A DNA stretch of 64,000 bases from an uncultured Nitrososphaeraceae archaeon (GCA_963779615.1 CAVZZA010000005.1:736001-800000), one strand, 5' to 3'. Counted from the first letter of the stretch, positions 52,394 through 62,897 are shown. The notes: generated by a model not told the origin, from the letters alone. A program made the numbers and translations.

Positions 52394-52561
52394 ATGGGAT
52401 GTGGTTGCAGTTATGGTGAAAGTGGATTCAGCACTCAAAGGGCAAGAAGTTTTCTCACCAGAGAAGAAAAAGTAGAACTTTTGAGTGAGTACAAAAATGA
52501 TCTTGAGAGAGAGGCTAAAGGAGTTTCAGAAAGAATCAAAGAGCTAGAGGTGAAAAGCTAG
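52394..52561 (+). CDS. Small Cys-bearing coiled-coil protein (DUF5320-like)
   Basis: GGAGGTG SD, then MGCGCSYG..RSFLTREEKVELLSEYKNDLEREAKGVSERIKEL; T-rich terminator follows. Confidence 0.8.
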   Translation: MGCGCSYGESGFSTQRARSFLTREEKVELLSEYKNDLEREAKGVSERIKELEVKS

Positions 52562-53597
52562 TTCTTTTTCTTTCCCTCTTTTTCTTCACTTTTCTATATT
52601 TGTTTGTTTTTAAACTGCTATTTTCAAATATTTAGACAATATACTCCATGATAGCCATGGTATCAGAGCCTTTGTAAAATAACACACACCATCATCGCCG
52701 GCAGTCTTTGAATTTATCTCAGGATTGCAGCAGGCGTTTCACTACGTCTTTTTCCAACCATTGTTGAGGCATCATTGCCTGTCCAAAGATGCACATGTTG
52801 ACTGCCCATGCTTTTTAATCCCTGTTTCAATGTTGATTGAAGATTCGTTGGGAGGCACCATGGTAAAGGACATCTGGGGGTTTATTGAGTTCCTTTTTTT
52901 ACTGCTGTTGGATGGCCGTGTAACGCCCTTATTCCATCATCTTTTGTCTCAAATCGGATTTTTTGTTGATTTGCAATCAACCCATACGTTATCTTTCTTT
53001 ACGCCAATTGTATTGCCGTATTTGCCTACATAATACAAAATGTTGACTATCTCTGCCCACCTTTCTTCATCCAAATCCACATAATAACAATATGGGTTAT
53101 GCCGGAGAACACATGCCATGTTTACTCCACCGGATGCTTTGTTACCGGGTTCGCTTCTCAAAACAACATCGCATGGCATGGGGGGGCCATAAAATCACAT
53201 AGTTTGACTTTTAATTTTCATAAAGGATTGCACTCACACATGAGTGGAACCGCACAGCTCCACACCAAACACGACAGTAAAAACAGGTTATCAAATCATA
53301 AACAAAAATCTCAAGTCAACAGAACCAAAAATCTGGAGGTTTTCTACAAGATAGGTTTTGATTTGACTCATTTTCACTGGTGTAGAACCACTGTAAAAAA
53401 ACAACAGCAACACCAATTACCGCATTCCATCCACCGTCAAAGATAATTTTTGTCCATATCGGCACCTTTGCAAACATGTTTTTTGCAAAAGCCCTACCTG
53501 TAGGTTTTACCATCCTGGCTCAACCCTTTATCCCTGTGTCGCTTGTTAAATCATCACCCTTTTTTGTATGGACAGGTACAACAACTATGCAGGCGAT

Positions 53598-55562
53598 TCA
53601 TATAGTCCTGGCAAACCCATTGTGACGGCCTTTGATCGCCCCAGTAAACCAATTAGGAAGCATGTTTTTGTTCTTATTTACAAAATAACCAAACGCCGAA
53701 TCTAAAACATAAGTCTTTGCCCAGTCGTCTTTTGACCGTATAGACCTACCATAGGCCTGGATTAACCTTAACGCCGTTTGCCAATAGTACCATTCCTCAT
53801 CCACCTTTCTTTTTGCATCAGTCCATCTGTCGCCCTTATTTGGATATGGCACCTTGGCTATTATTTGAAATCTTGATAGTTCGCCTTTTAAGTCAAGACC
53901 CGTATGTAACGATGGCGAGATAAGTACTGTTGGTCTTGGAGTTGACATGTGTTGGGAGATGATTTCGTCTCGCTGTATTTCCGGATCGGTTACCAACAAT
54001 CTCCTTGCATTTGCCTGCGACAGGTTTTCTTTGATAAAGTTAAGTTGCTCATAAGAGGTTGTGTGGATAATTCCTTTATCGTTTTTATGAGTAGACATTA
54101 AGTTGTCGATAGTTTTTGCAATGCGAGACATTACATCAGCAGAATGCAGATTGCCATAGTTAAGATATGCGATGTTAAGTGGATAGATGACTCTGTTCTC
54201 TATTGGAAAGTCTGATTGAACTTGTATATACTTTACATCATCTAAAGATATACCAACACTTTTGCAAAATGCTTTATGATTTAATACTGTAGCACTCATT
54301 ATGAGGATTTTGGAGGCTTTTTCAAATATGGATTTACAGTGTCGAGAAACATCCAATGGCTTTAAATCCACTTTGACCACTTTGTAATCATCTTTCTTTA
54401 TCTCGGACACTATCCAGTTTTTTGGATTTGCAAGTATATTGTTTATGGTTCTTGTAAGCCTCTCTGTGTCCCTAATGGCATCAACAGCGAGTTCATCGCC
54501 AAGGCTCATTGTTGATTTCTTGGAAACGCTTTCACTATCGTATTTTTTTGCAATTTCCTCATCGCTATCGAATAGTTCTGACGCAGAAACTATTTTTTTG
54601 TTATTTTCTTTATATTGAGACAAGGTTTTTCCTTTCCGGTAATCATATTTGACCTGTCTTTCTACAGCCAGTGTTTCGGCCAAAGAACTGTTGCCAGTTA
54701 AACCAAGCATCGTGGTCTCCAAATCAATAAGAAAGCCAACCCATAACTCTATATCATCATAGCCATAATCTGTTAATTCCAAACTGTGGATATACCTTTT
54801 CCACCTTCTTTTAGATATCGTTAAACCTCTAAACTTTACAATTTCAGTTTCTAGTAGATGCCCTTCATCTAAAACCAACAGCTCTCTTTCGTTTAGGCCT
54901 TTCTTATAGGGTAAAAGCGCCAAGAAAATCGAATAATTAAATATAGAATGACTTGAGGCCAAGGCCATGTTTAGTTGGTCAAAGTATTCACATGGCCTCC
55001 AATCCTTTTGCTCTTTTAGGTTTTTTAGAGGTAGCCATTGAGAATATTGCTTTTGATAATGGTGTTTGGCATCCTTGTTAATGTAAACATGTTCCTCTTT
55101 TGTTCCTTTGTTACTTATTTCATAATCCTTTGCAAAAGTCCTGTACTTGCACCCGGTTTCTCTGAAGGATTCATCGGTCATGCAAGTTCCATATTCCACG
55201 GTTTTGTGAAAGCACTCACTTACGCTGTCTGAAACACAAATTCCACATCGGTAGGTGCCATTTTCCTCAAGATCCTGTTTTACCAAACATGGAAAATTAC
55301 TCTTTCCCTTTGCCACAGCCAGGTATGGAAAATCTCGCGAGTATTGGGTTTGCAAATCCTTGGTGGCCGTGCATATATAGCTCGAACCCAAACTCAAAGC
55401 AAGCGCCATAGCTATAGGGCTTTTTCCAAAACCCGTCGGAGCCTCCAGTATAACGTATTTGTATCCAGAATTGAATGCTTCACACATCTCACCTAATGCC
55501 CCTTCCTGACTATTGCGCAGGGTTGGAAATGGAAAATTCTTTATGGTTTCAGGTTTACTCAA
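53598..55562 (-). CDS. DinG/XPD (Rad3)-family SF2 helicase
   Basis: Q motif LRNSQ, APTGFGKS, Cys-rich FeS region, LDEGH, MSAT, TGLDL, QAYGRSIR. Confidence 0.92.
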   Translation of the reverse strand: MSKPETIKNFPFPTLRNSQEGALGEMCEAFNSGYKYVILEAPTGFGKSPIAMALALSLGSSYICTATKDLQTQYSRDFPYLAVAKGKSNFPCLVKQDLEENGTYRCGICVSDSVSECFHKTVEYGTCMTDESFRETGCKYRTFAKDYEISNKGTKEEHVYINKDAKHHYQKQYSQWLPLKNLKEQKDWRPCEYFDQLNMALASSHSIFNYSIFLALLPYKKGLNERELLVLDEGHLLETEIVKFRGLTISKRRWKRYIHSLELTDYGYDDIELWVGFLIDLETTMLGLTGNSSLAETLAVERQVKYDYRKGKTLSQYKENNKKIVSASELFDSDEEIAKKYDSESVSKKSTMSLGDELAVDAIRDTERLTRTINNILANPKNWIVSEIKKDDYKVVKVDLKPLDVSRHCKSIFEKASKILIMSATVLNHKAFCKSVGISLDDVKYIQVQSDFPIENRVIYPLNIAYLNYGNLHSADVMSRIAKTIDNLMSTHKNDKGIIHTTSYEQLNFIKENLSQANARRLLVTDPEIQRDEIISQHMSTPRPTVLISPSLHTGLDLKGELSRFQIIAKVPYPNKGDRWTDAKRKVDEEWYYWQTALRLIQAYGRSIRSKDDWAKTYVLDSAFGYFVNKNKNMLPNWFTGAIKGRHNGFARTI

Positions 55563-56239
55563 TGAATTCGATTTATTGTTCAGTTATGTTCTCATCTTCC
55601 TGTTGTCATATTATTTTTATGATTCAAAAGGAATATCTATTTTTGGTCTGAGAGGGTATGGTAGACACACAGGCCAAGGGTTTTGTATTTGGAATCAAAA
55701 GCCGTTAAAAATGAAGAGCCAATACCTGTAGCATGCGAGCTGTCCCCAGAATAACCAACCAAACACATCTCACGAAAAAAACAATAAAAGAATGCGTAAA
55801 CAGAACTTGAGCATGGAAAAATTAATTCTTTTTCCTCATTGTCGTTATACGTGTTATTTTTATGCATATTGTATCAAATTGTCACTATTTTCTGTAATTA
55901 TCGGAAGGTCATATCAATTAATAACATGTAGAGGTAACAAAAAGCAGCACAAAGTCATCAATACAATACAAATGTGCACTTGACGCCAGTTTGACTGTTA
56001 AAAAATAACGTGCAGAAAAATAATGGTTGGAAGTGCGTCAAAACCAACGTTGAAAAAAACAATAGACTGATGATTAATCACCATTAACAACAACAACTTT
56101 AGCAACAGACGGTTTTGGACAATTTACAAATAGAATAAAAATTGCTTTCAGTATTAAAATCAATTTGATTATACCAATTAGCATAAATATCCAAACCAAA
56201 CTTTCTTACCTGTTTATTTTTTAACAAATGCTTATAGCT

Positions 56240-56640
56240 AGGTTCACTCCATTGTCATCTTGTTCATTTGACTATCACCAGAGAATCGTTTGAAATGATC
56301 CATAAATGTGAAACTGGATGCAAAGACAAGGGAAAGAGTACTGCTTGTCCCCAACGTTGCATATAATGGTTTAATGGCTGCCAAGGCAGCCAGAGATCTC
56401 CTCCACAGAAGTAAAGATTGGGTCCGTGAATGGTTAAAAAGACATCATAAGGAGGTAAAAGGTGGATTAAAAAATATACCTAAAAGCGGCAGACCTGCAG
56501 ACATGTCAAAAGAGACAGGTCATCAAATAAAAAAATAACTGCCTGGCTCCAATCAGGGTTGGCAAACAAAACAGGTGGAAGAGCCGATGGTGGAGAAAAG
56601 CGGGATAAAATGCCATTACACCCACACATGTAATTGGATG
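56240..56640 (+). mobile_element. IS630-family transposase N-terminal remnant
   Basis: AKTRERVLLV..AARDL.RSK.W...WLKR..GLKN.PKSGRP..*..NQGWQTKQVEE..KSGIKCHYTH; no DDE domain; ends approximate. Confidence 0.78.
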
Positions 56641-56796
56641 TACATTGTACAACACACATCCATCAAAAGAATACAAGTCTTGGCAGATATCTTCTCATAT
56701 TAAGTCAAACTAAATTTAAAAAACAATGTTATTTTGCCCGGAAAATAGGTCAATCGGTTTTCTAATAACATCTTTTTACTGTTAGAAAAAATAATC

Positions 56797-57345
56797 ATGC
56801 AAAATGTTCACTGGTCATTTGTGTCCGAACATGAAACAATGTATTTATTTGCGGTAAATCTTCATTTATCTGTGCAATATTTTAAAGTTTTTAAGATAAT
56901 TTCAATATCCTTGATGTTCATTGTTCTAACACAAGCGGTTTTTAATCCAAATTTATCAAGTAAAGCAAACCAATATTCATTTGGAGACACTTTAGGAAAT
57001 GTAGCAAAATTTACCGAGCAGGCAGTAGTTCTTAACAGTCTTGGAAGATATGATGATGCCATACACTATCTGGACAAAGCTTTGTCACTGGATCCAAATA
57101 ATGTCCTTGCGTTAATAAACAAGGGAATATCTTTAGACGGTTCAGGAAGATTCGACGATGGAATGTCGTACTACGACAAGGCCTTGGCAATAGACCCAAC
57201 CAACAAAAATGCAATCAATAACAAGGTAGCCGTTCTGATTAGTTTGGGAAAAGTTGCGGAGGCCATCAAATACTACGACAAGGTCCTTTCTATAGATCCA
57301 AACGATGCTCGTATAATAGGGATGACAAAATGGTTAAAACAATAA
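56797..57345 (+). CDS. Tetratricopeptide repeat protein, probably exported
   Basis: Three TPRs (LGRYDDAI.Y.DKAL.LDP); hydrophobic N-terminal segment; start uncertain. Confidence 0.88.
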   Translation: MQNVHWSFVSEHETMYLFAVNLHLSVQYFKVFKIISISLMFIVLTQAVFNPNLSSKANQYSFGDTLGNVAKFTEQAVVLNSLGRYDDAIHYLDKALSLDPNNVLALINKGISLDGSGRFDDGMSYYDKALAIDPTNKNAINNKVAVLISLGKVAEAIKYYDKVLSIDPNDARIIGMTKWLKQ

Positions 57346-57689
57346 AGCATCCCAAGATATTGGAAAATACGACAACACGTTCATAATGCTTACCTCCGAA
57401 AATGGTGGAAGCGAGCCTTGATTTTACATCTCACATTTGCCAGATGGGTAAATGCAACGAAAGGAAAAGAATTGGTTCACCCGGTAAACAACGGTTTACA
57501 AAACCTAGGTAACGCAAATTCCGGTTTCAATTACGGTTCATGGGGATCCAGTACCAATTAACATAATTACATAAACCACAAGCGTTCATTGTTCTATTTT
57601 TCTCCAAATGTTTACAGCTGTGATGGCCCTATCCCCATTTTGCATGGTGTTTGACTATTGCCAATACGGCGTTTTAAAGGATCTGCATC

Positions 57690-57830
57690 CCTGAACCGGA
57701 TGCAAAGACAAGGGAAAGAGTGCTGCTTGTTCCCAACGTTGCATATCAAGGCATGGCATCTGCTCTTGTGCCAGACTTTCACAGGTGTAAAGATGGGCTT
57801 CAAGCCGGCTAAAAAGGTATGGTGAAGTAT
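57690..57830 (+). mobile_element. Second, shorter IS630 remnant
   Basis: GGATGCAAAGACAAGGGAAAGAGTGCTGCTTGTTCCCAACGTTGCATAT differs at two positions from the copy starting at 56316. Confidence 0.78.
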
Positions 57831-57875
57831 GCACATATTGTCATATTTATAAACTATGTTGAACAGTAATGGTTA

Positions 57876-58028
57876 ATGACAGACACAGATGACTCCATAA
57901 AGAAAATGAAAAATGCAGAGCATGATGCCAAGGCAAATGCTGAAACTGCAGAAGACCATGCAGAAGGAAAACCAAGTTCTGAAACACTGAACAAGGCAAA
58001 AGAAAAGGTTAAAGACGCTCTCACATAA
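57876..58028 (+). CDS. Small hydrophilic LEA/CsbD-like protein, 50 aa, not in ORF track
   Basis: MTDTDDSIKKMKNAEHDAKANAETAEDHAEGKPSSETLNKAKEKVKDALT; TTTATAAA at 57846; T-run right after the stop. Confidence 0.8.
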   Translation: MTDTDDSIKKMKNAEHDAKANAETAEDHAEGKPSSETLNKAKEKVKDALT

Positions 58029-58122
58029 TTTTTTTTCATTCACCCGTAATTGTTATTTTTATTATTGAAATCCATCAGCACACGAGCTATTGTGGTTTAA
58101 TACGATGCCAAATATCATATTT

Positions 58123-58230
58123 ATGCTGCACCCAAATCAACCAAATAACCAACATATATGCGAACAATGCAACACGTCATTTGACATACCAAAAGAATAG
58201 GACTAGCACAACGGTAGGGCATCACACAAA
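58123..58230 (+). pseudogene. Small C2H2 zinc-finger pseudogene
   Basis: MLHPNQPNNQHICEQCNTSFDIPKE*D*HNGRASH; two TAG stops inside the finger. Confidence 0.55.
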
Positions 58231-58727
58231 ACCAAGTTAAAAACCTACAGCATTTTAGCATTTAAATGATACACCTCTTTTTGAGGTTTATTAGGTATTG
58301 AAAACAACCAGTGCAACAAAAGCAGGCGGTACGCTGACAGGTCATTTATTAACTTGGCTTGCCTTTACCGGTTTCTTTTGTTTTTTGTCAAGATGCCAAG
58401 ACACGATTCATTACCTGCACAAAAGGATGTAGCTAAATCAGTGGAGGAGAAGCGCCAGCATTCAAGTGAAGAAGACATAACTGAATGTCTTGATGGCTGT
58501 TTTTTTTCGATGTAGAATAGAGAATTGCAAACAAGGACATTCCAAAATTGGATCTTTTTGTCGGCAATCATAAACAGGAATGGATGATTGTGGATATACC
58601 CTTTGATCCCGCCTGTTAATATAAAAAAAATGGATGGTTAGCGACCTCTATCCTTGTCCATACGGGATTTGATAAGGGGTAAAATCAATTTTTGTCCCTT
58701 TCCATCAATGTATTGTTATCACCTGAT

Positions 58728-60161
58728 CTACTTTCTACGTTCTAATTTCATTTGCATTCCATATTTGGGACGCAGTGTAATTAGGGGCTTTAACTCGACC
58801 TTATGGCTTTTAACGTGGTGCATCTTCCACTGTTTGCAGAAAGTGGCAATTAACAGTATACCCTCCATCCATGCAAACGGCTCACCTACACAACCCCTAA
58901 TGCCCCCTCCAAATGGAAAATAACTAAATCGCGGAAGATGGGATTTCGTCTCCTTTGTCCACCGATCCGGATAGAAAAGGTCGGGATTGGGAAAGTAAAG
59001 CGGATTGCGATGCATAACATATTGACTCATCAAAATGATTGAGCCAGCAGGTATAACATATTTGTCAACTTTGTAGTCTTTTAGTGATTGGCGGCCCAAA
59101 GTCCAGGCTGGAGGATAGAGCCTCATTGATTCTCTTAGTACCTTTTCGGTATATTCTAATTTTGGTATGTCTTTGATTGTTGGAGTTCTTATTTTTTTAC
59201 AATCAGCACTACTAGCACCACCACCACCTTTGTCATCATTATCGTTACCCAAAACACTACACAATTCCTCGTATAGCTTGGCCTCTACAGACGAGTTTTG
59301 CGATAGTAGATAAAATGTCCAGGTAAGCGCGTTGGCTGTTGTTTCATGACCTGCCAGAAAAATGGTCATTACCTCATCTCTTAACTGCAAATCACTCATC
59401 TGTCCAATTCCAGCTTCTGCATCCTGAGCGTGCAGTAGAGTATACAGCAGATCGGTTTTATCCACATCGGCTTTGTTTTCATTGTCTCGGTGCTGTTTAA
59501 TCATATCATACACGATAGAATCGAGCTTCTTTTTTGCGTCTTGAAATTCTCTATTAACGCGCAGCAGTGGCATTTTTCCAATCAGATTACCAAATGGCAT
59601 TAATAATCGGTTAAAGTATTCACCGCAAGTCAAAAGTGCACTGCCAACTATATCGCCTTCTTCCGAGTTGACATTCGAACCCAAAACTGACTTGCTTATT
59701 ATTGCGGAGGTTACCTTTATCATTTCCTTATGCATATCCAAAGTAATTCCATCTTTCCATTGCTCAGACATGTTTTCACCATAGGCGATCATTATGTCGC
59801 CATATTTTTTTACAAGGTTAGGATGAAATGCAGGCTGTATGATTCGTCTTTGACGATCATGGTACTCCCCTTCACTAGTTACCAGACCTTCCCCTAAGAG
59901 GCGCTTTGAAACTTGGAGGCCTTTGCTTTTTATAAAACTCTTGTGATTTCTGATTAATATGTCCTCTATGTGGTGTGGGTTATTTATCAAATATACATGC
60001 TGTCTCCCAAACTTAAAATGGGCAATGTCACCATAGGTATTTGCGGTGTCCATCAAGGTTTTGATTGGCTCACGTATAAAATTACGCAATAACTTATTAG
60101 GAATAACTGAGCGAGGTCCTGGAGGATATTCGCTAGAGGAGGAGGAAGAGGCAGCAGTCAT
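58728..60161 (-). CDS. Cytochrome P450
   Basis: I-helix AGHETT, K-helix ESMR, PDRW, heme ligand FGGGIRGCVG. Confidence 0.97.
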   Translation of the reverse strand: MTAASSSSSSEYPPGPRSVIPNKLLRNFIREPIKTLMDTANTYGDIAHFKFGRQHVYLINNPHHIEDILIRNHKSFIKSKGLQVSKRLLGEGLVTSEGEYHDRQRRIIQPAFHPNLVKKYGDIMIAYGENMSEQWKDGITLDMHKEMIKVTSAIISKSVLGSNVNSEEGDIVGSALLTCGEYFNRLLMPFGNLIGKMPLLRVNREFQDAKKKLDSIVYDMIKQHRDNENKADVDKTDLLYTLLHAQDAEAGIGQMSDLQLRDEVMTIFLAGHETTANALTWTFYLLSQNSSVEAKLYEELCSVLGNDNDDKGGGGASSADCKKIRTPTIKDIPKLEYTEKVLRESMRLYPPAWTLGRQSLKDYKVDKYVIPAGSIILMSQYVMHRNPLYFPNPDLFYPDRWTKETKSHLPRFSYFPFGGGIRGCVGEPFAWMEGILLIATFCKQWKMHHVKSHKVELKPLITLRPKYGMQMKLERRK

Positions 60162-60534
60162 TTTTTCTCACTGGATTGAATCCGATGACAAACACCTGCG
60201 CAGACATTCCACTGAAAATGATAAATGCATCAAGTTCTTAATCTTTTACATATTCTCATTAATTAAACGTTTTATACCAAATGGCGGTGCTAAACTAACT
60301 CATTGAGTTTAAGAAAATGGGTATCACATTTCCACGAGTGAAAAATGGGTGAGGAAATCATTTCACCATAACCTATTGTAACTGGTTTCTGCAAACTTGA
60401 TTTACAGGGCATATTGTTGTCATGTTTTATCGGGAACCAAAAGCTAGCCAAAGCTACAAATAGCCATTGTTTTGGACTATGCTATAATATAACGATCAAT
60501 GTTGTGGTGGAACAACAATTATAATTTAACTATA

Positions 60535-60888
60535 CTATTTTTTTACCAGCCTAAGAGCATTATTTATAATACTGCCATGGTCGGCTTCTACTTCCGTAGT
60601 TATCAAAAATAGATAGTTGTCATCCAACGGTATGGTTATACGTTTTATCTTTTCGTATTCTGTCATTGAATATTTTCCCTTACCCGTCTTATGTTCGAGT
60701 GCGTATCGCAATCCCCATCTTCCTATCGCCAAACGATTGGATTTTTGTGTGTCTTCAGGAGACAGAATACTAGGGAGGCCTTCCCTCATCCCACCATATT
60801 TAGTTTCACCAGTCTCGTCACATATACCAGCAAAACGGACCTTTGGATCGAAATCCAATAGGTCTTTACAGACTCTATTATAATCCAT
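60535..60888 (-). CDS. Thaumarchaeal roadblock-like small protein (DUF6659-like)
   Basis: MDY..VC......DPKVRFAG..GGMREG...L..GKGKYSMTEYEKIKRITIP. Confidence 0.78.
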   Translation of the reverse strand: MDYNRVCKDLLDFDPKVRFAGICDETGETKYGGMREGLPSILSPEDTQKSNRLAIGRWGLRYALEHKTGKGKYSMTEYEKIKRITIPLDDNYLFLITTEVEADHGSIINNALRLVKK

Positions 60889-61939
60889 GGTATTGTAAGT
60901 ATAATATCAAAAGGATTTTATTAAACATTGTTACAATGGAAGGAACTTCAACAGCAAGTTACACAAATTTTTTGTGTTGAGCGCATTTGGCTGGCAAAAA
61001 CGAAATTCCATAATGGTTAAACTTTTTTGTATACCGTTACTTTGGTGGTACCAACACAAGATACAAATAATCAACAATAGTCGGCAAATGACTGAACTTT
61101 AGGATGATTGATTTTACAATATATGGGAAAAATAGATAGTTGCAAAAATGGGATGTTTCTTTCGATTTGAGTTTTAACTCAAATATTGAATGTTTAAAGT
61201 TTTAATTGGCATATCCATGCTTAGATGCAGAGCCCATCGATGAGGCACTTTAATGTGTTTTACAACTAAACAATGCTTAATTGACTTTTTTGGTTATGGG
61301 GCATTATCAATTCATATGCGTTATTATGTCAAATGTAGGACAAGCCCTGCTGAAAAGCATAAAATTACCCGTGGAATGGGAAGCCTATGATTGCACCAGA
61401 AGCATAAAATTACCCGGCAAGCCACTGATGAGGATTAGGAACAGACGAAAAAAAACAAGATCAGAGAAAGACGATTTTGTGGACACGGGTCGAATAAAAC
61501 CAAACAGAAGGAAACAAGAAGAATGGGTTCAACAATTAGGAAATGCATCTTGTGGCATATGCATCTATAAAAACAGCATAGTGCCAGTATCTGCATGAGC
61601 TGCTGTTTCAGGCTTATTTGCCATATTCTATGATTTCAAAGATAAAGATTATTGTAGGATAAAAATATACCCGATACTATTGGGGCCAGACAAATGCTAA
61701 AATCAATCGGGTCAAATGTTGATTTTTATGTTTGCTCCATAAATGCCAATGCATTGGCTTTGCTGGCAAAGAGTGACAAAAGGTCCAACTTCACTTGGCG
61801 TAATTTTTTGTAACAACACTTCCTTAACCATCGTTACCAAGTGAAACAAACCATTATGCGATTTTGTTAGTTTGCCTTCTTGTTTTGCCAGACCAATAAA
61901 ACAATTAACTTGTGTGAAACCAAACAGAATGATATCGAT

Positions 61940-62599
61940 TTATGATTTGCGTTCCAATTGCTCAATATTTTGTCGGAATTCGTATTTCCAACCCTCTGGC
62001 AGAGCACTTATTTTTATTGCCCGTCTCATGGTTTCAATGTTGTCCGCATGGTCTCTATCAACATACAGGCGGACAATATCTTTCACCGAGACACTATTTT
62101 CATCTCTTCTGACAATCTCTATCTTGTCACCTGTTCGCACTTCTCCTTCTTTTAACACCCTAAAGTAAATACCAGGGCGCCCGCTTGCCAAAAATCTCCT
62201 AATTATTTCCATATGTCCAAACCTGACACCAAGTTTATAGCACGGCATTCTTGGCTGTGTCGCCACGAGATTAGCAGATCCTATTTGAAGGTGATCACCG
62301 ATATTAACAGCATCTTCCATTAATCCTTCAGTGGTGAAATTCTCTCCAAACATTCCCCACACAAGATCGGCGTCAGGAAACTGTTTACGCCAGTAACCAT
62401 AGTGTTCTTCGGGGTAAGAATAAACTGCCTTATCCACCCCGCCATGTACAGTCAAATCGGCTTGCTTGTCGCCATCAATGTTAAGCTTTCGTAGCATGAC
62501 AGGGCCTGTGACGGGATCCTTGAAAATTGCAGTAGTCACGGTTTGCCCATTAAAGAGTACTTTTCTTGGAAGCCCGACATTCACAGAAAGCACTTTCAT
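61940..62599 (-). CDS. MOSC-domain protein with 3-alpha domain (YiiM-like)
   Basis: GDKQADLTVHGG.DKAV, FGENFT, QPRMPCYKL, GIYFRVL. Confidence 0.93.
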   Translation of the reverse strand: MKVLSVNVGLPRKVLFNGQTVTTAIFKDPVTGPVMLRKLNIDGDKQADLTVHGGVDKAVYSYPEEHYGYWRKQFPDADLVWGMFGENFTTEGLMEDAVNIGDHLQIGSANLVATQPRMPCYKLGVRFGHMEIIRRFLASGRPGIYFRVLKEGEVRTGDKIEIVRRDENSVSVKDIVRLYVDRDHADNIETMRRAIKISALPEGWKYEFRQNIEQLERKS

Positions 62600-62681
62600 T
62601 GTTAAACAATAGAAACAGATAGTTCTTTATAAGACTTGGATTTGATTATTCACACACTAGCCAATTACCACAAACATAGAA

Positions 62682-62897
62682 CTAATCTGCTTTTTGCTTG
62701 CTGTCGGTTGATGCCATTTTACCTATGCTTTGACATAAAAAGGCAGCAGGCATATTTTCTTCATATATGTCTTCTGCTCTCATATTGTGGACGCATACGG
62801 CATGCTCGGAAATACGCCTCAAGACCTCATCATCTGTTTTACCCTCAGATATGTAATCGCACTCCAATCCTGACTCTTTGCAAGATAGTCTTATCAT
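62682..62897 (-). CDS. DUF1059-like small metal-binding protein
   Basis: MIRLSCKESGLECDY..G.TDDEV....EHA...H. Confidence 0.8.
   Translation of the reverse strand: MIRLSCKESGLECDYISEGKTDDEVLRRISEHAVCVHNMRAEDIYEENMPAAFLCQSIGKMASTDSKQKAD

Noticed and set aside
57430-57560. Short hairpins (CATTTGCC/GGTAAATG, GTAAAC/GTTTAC, AATTGGT/ACCAATT)
   Set aside because: Stems of 6-8 bp without a convincing overall fold; compatible with chance
61281-61598. 105-aa ORF containing a 16-bp direct repeat (AAGCATAAAATTACCC)
   Set aside because: No recognisable domain; probably decayed sequence
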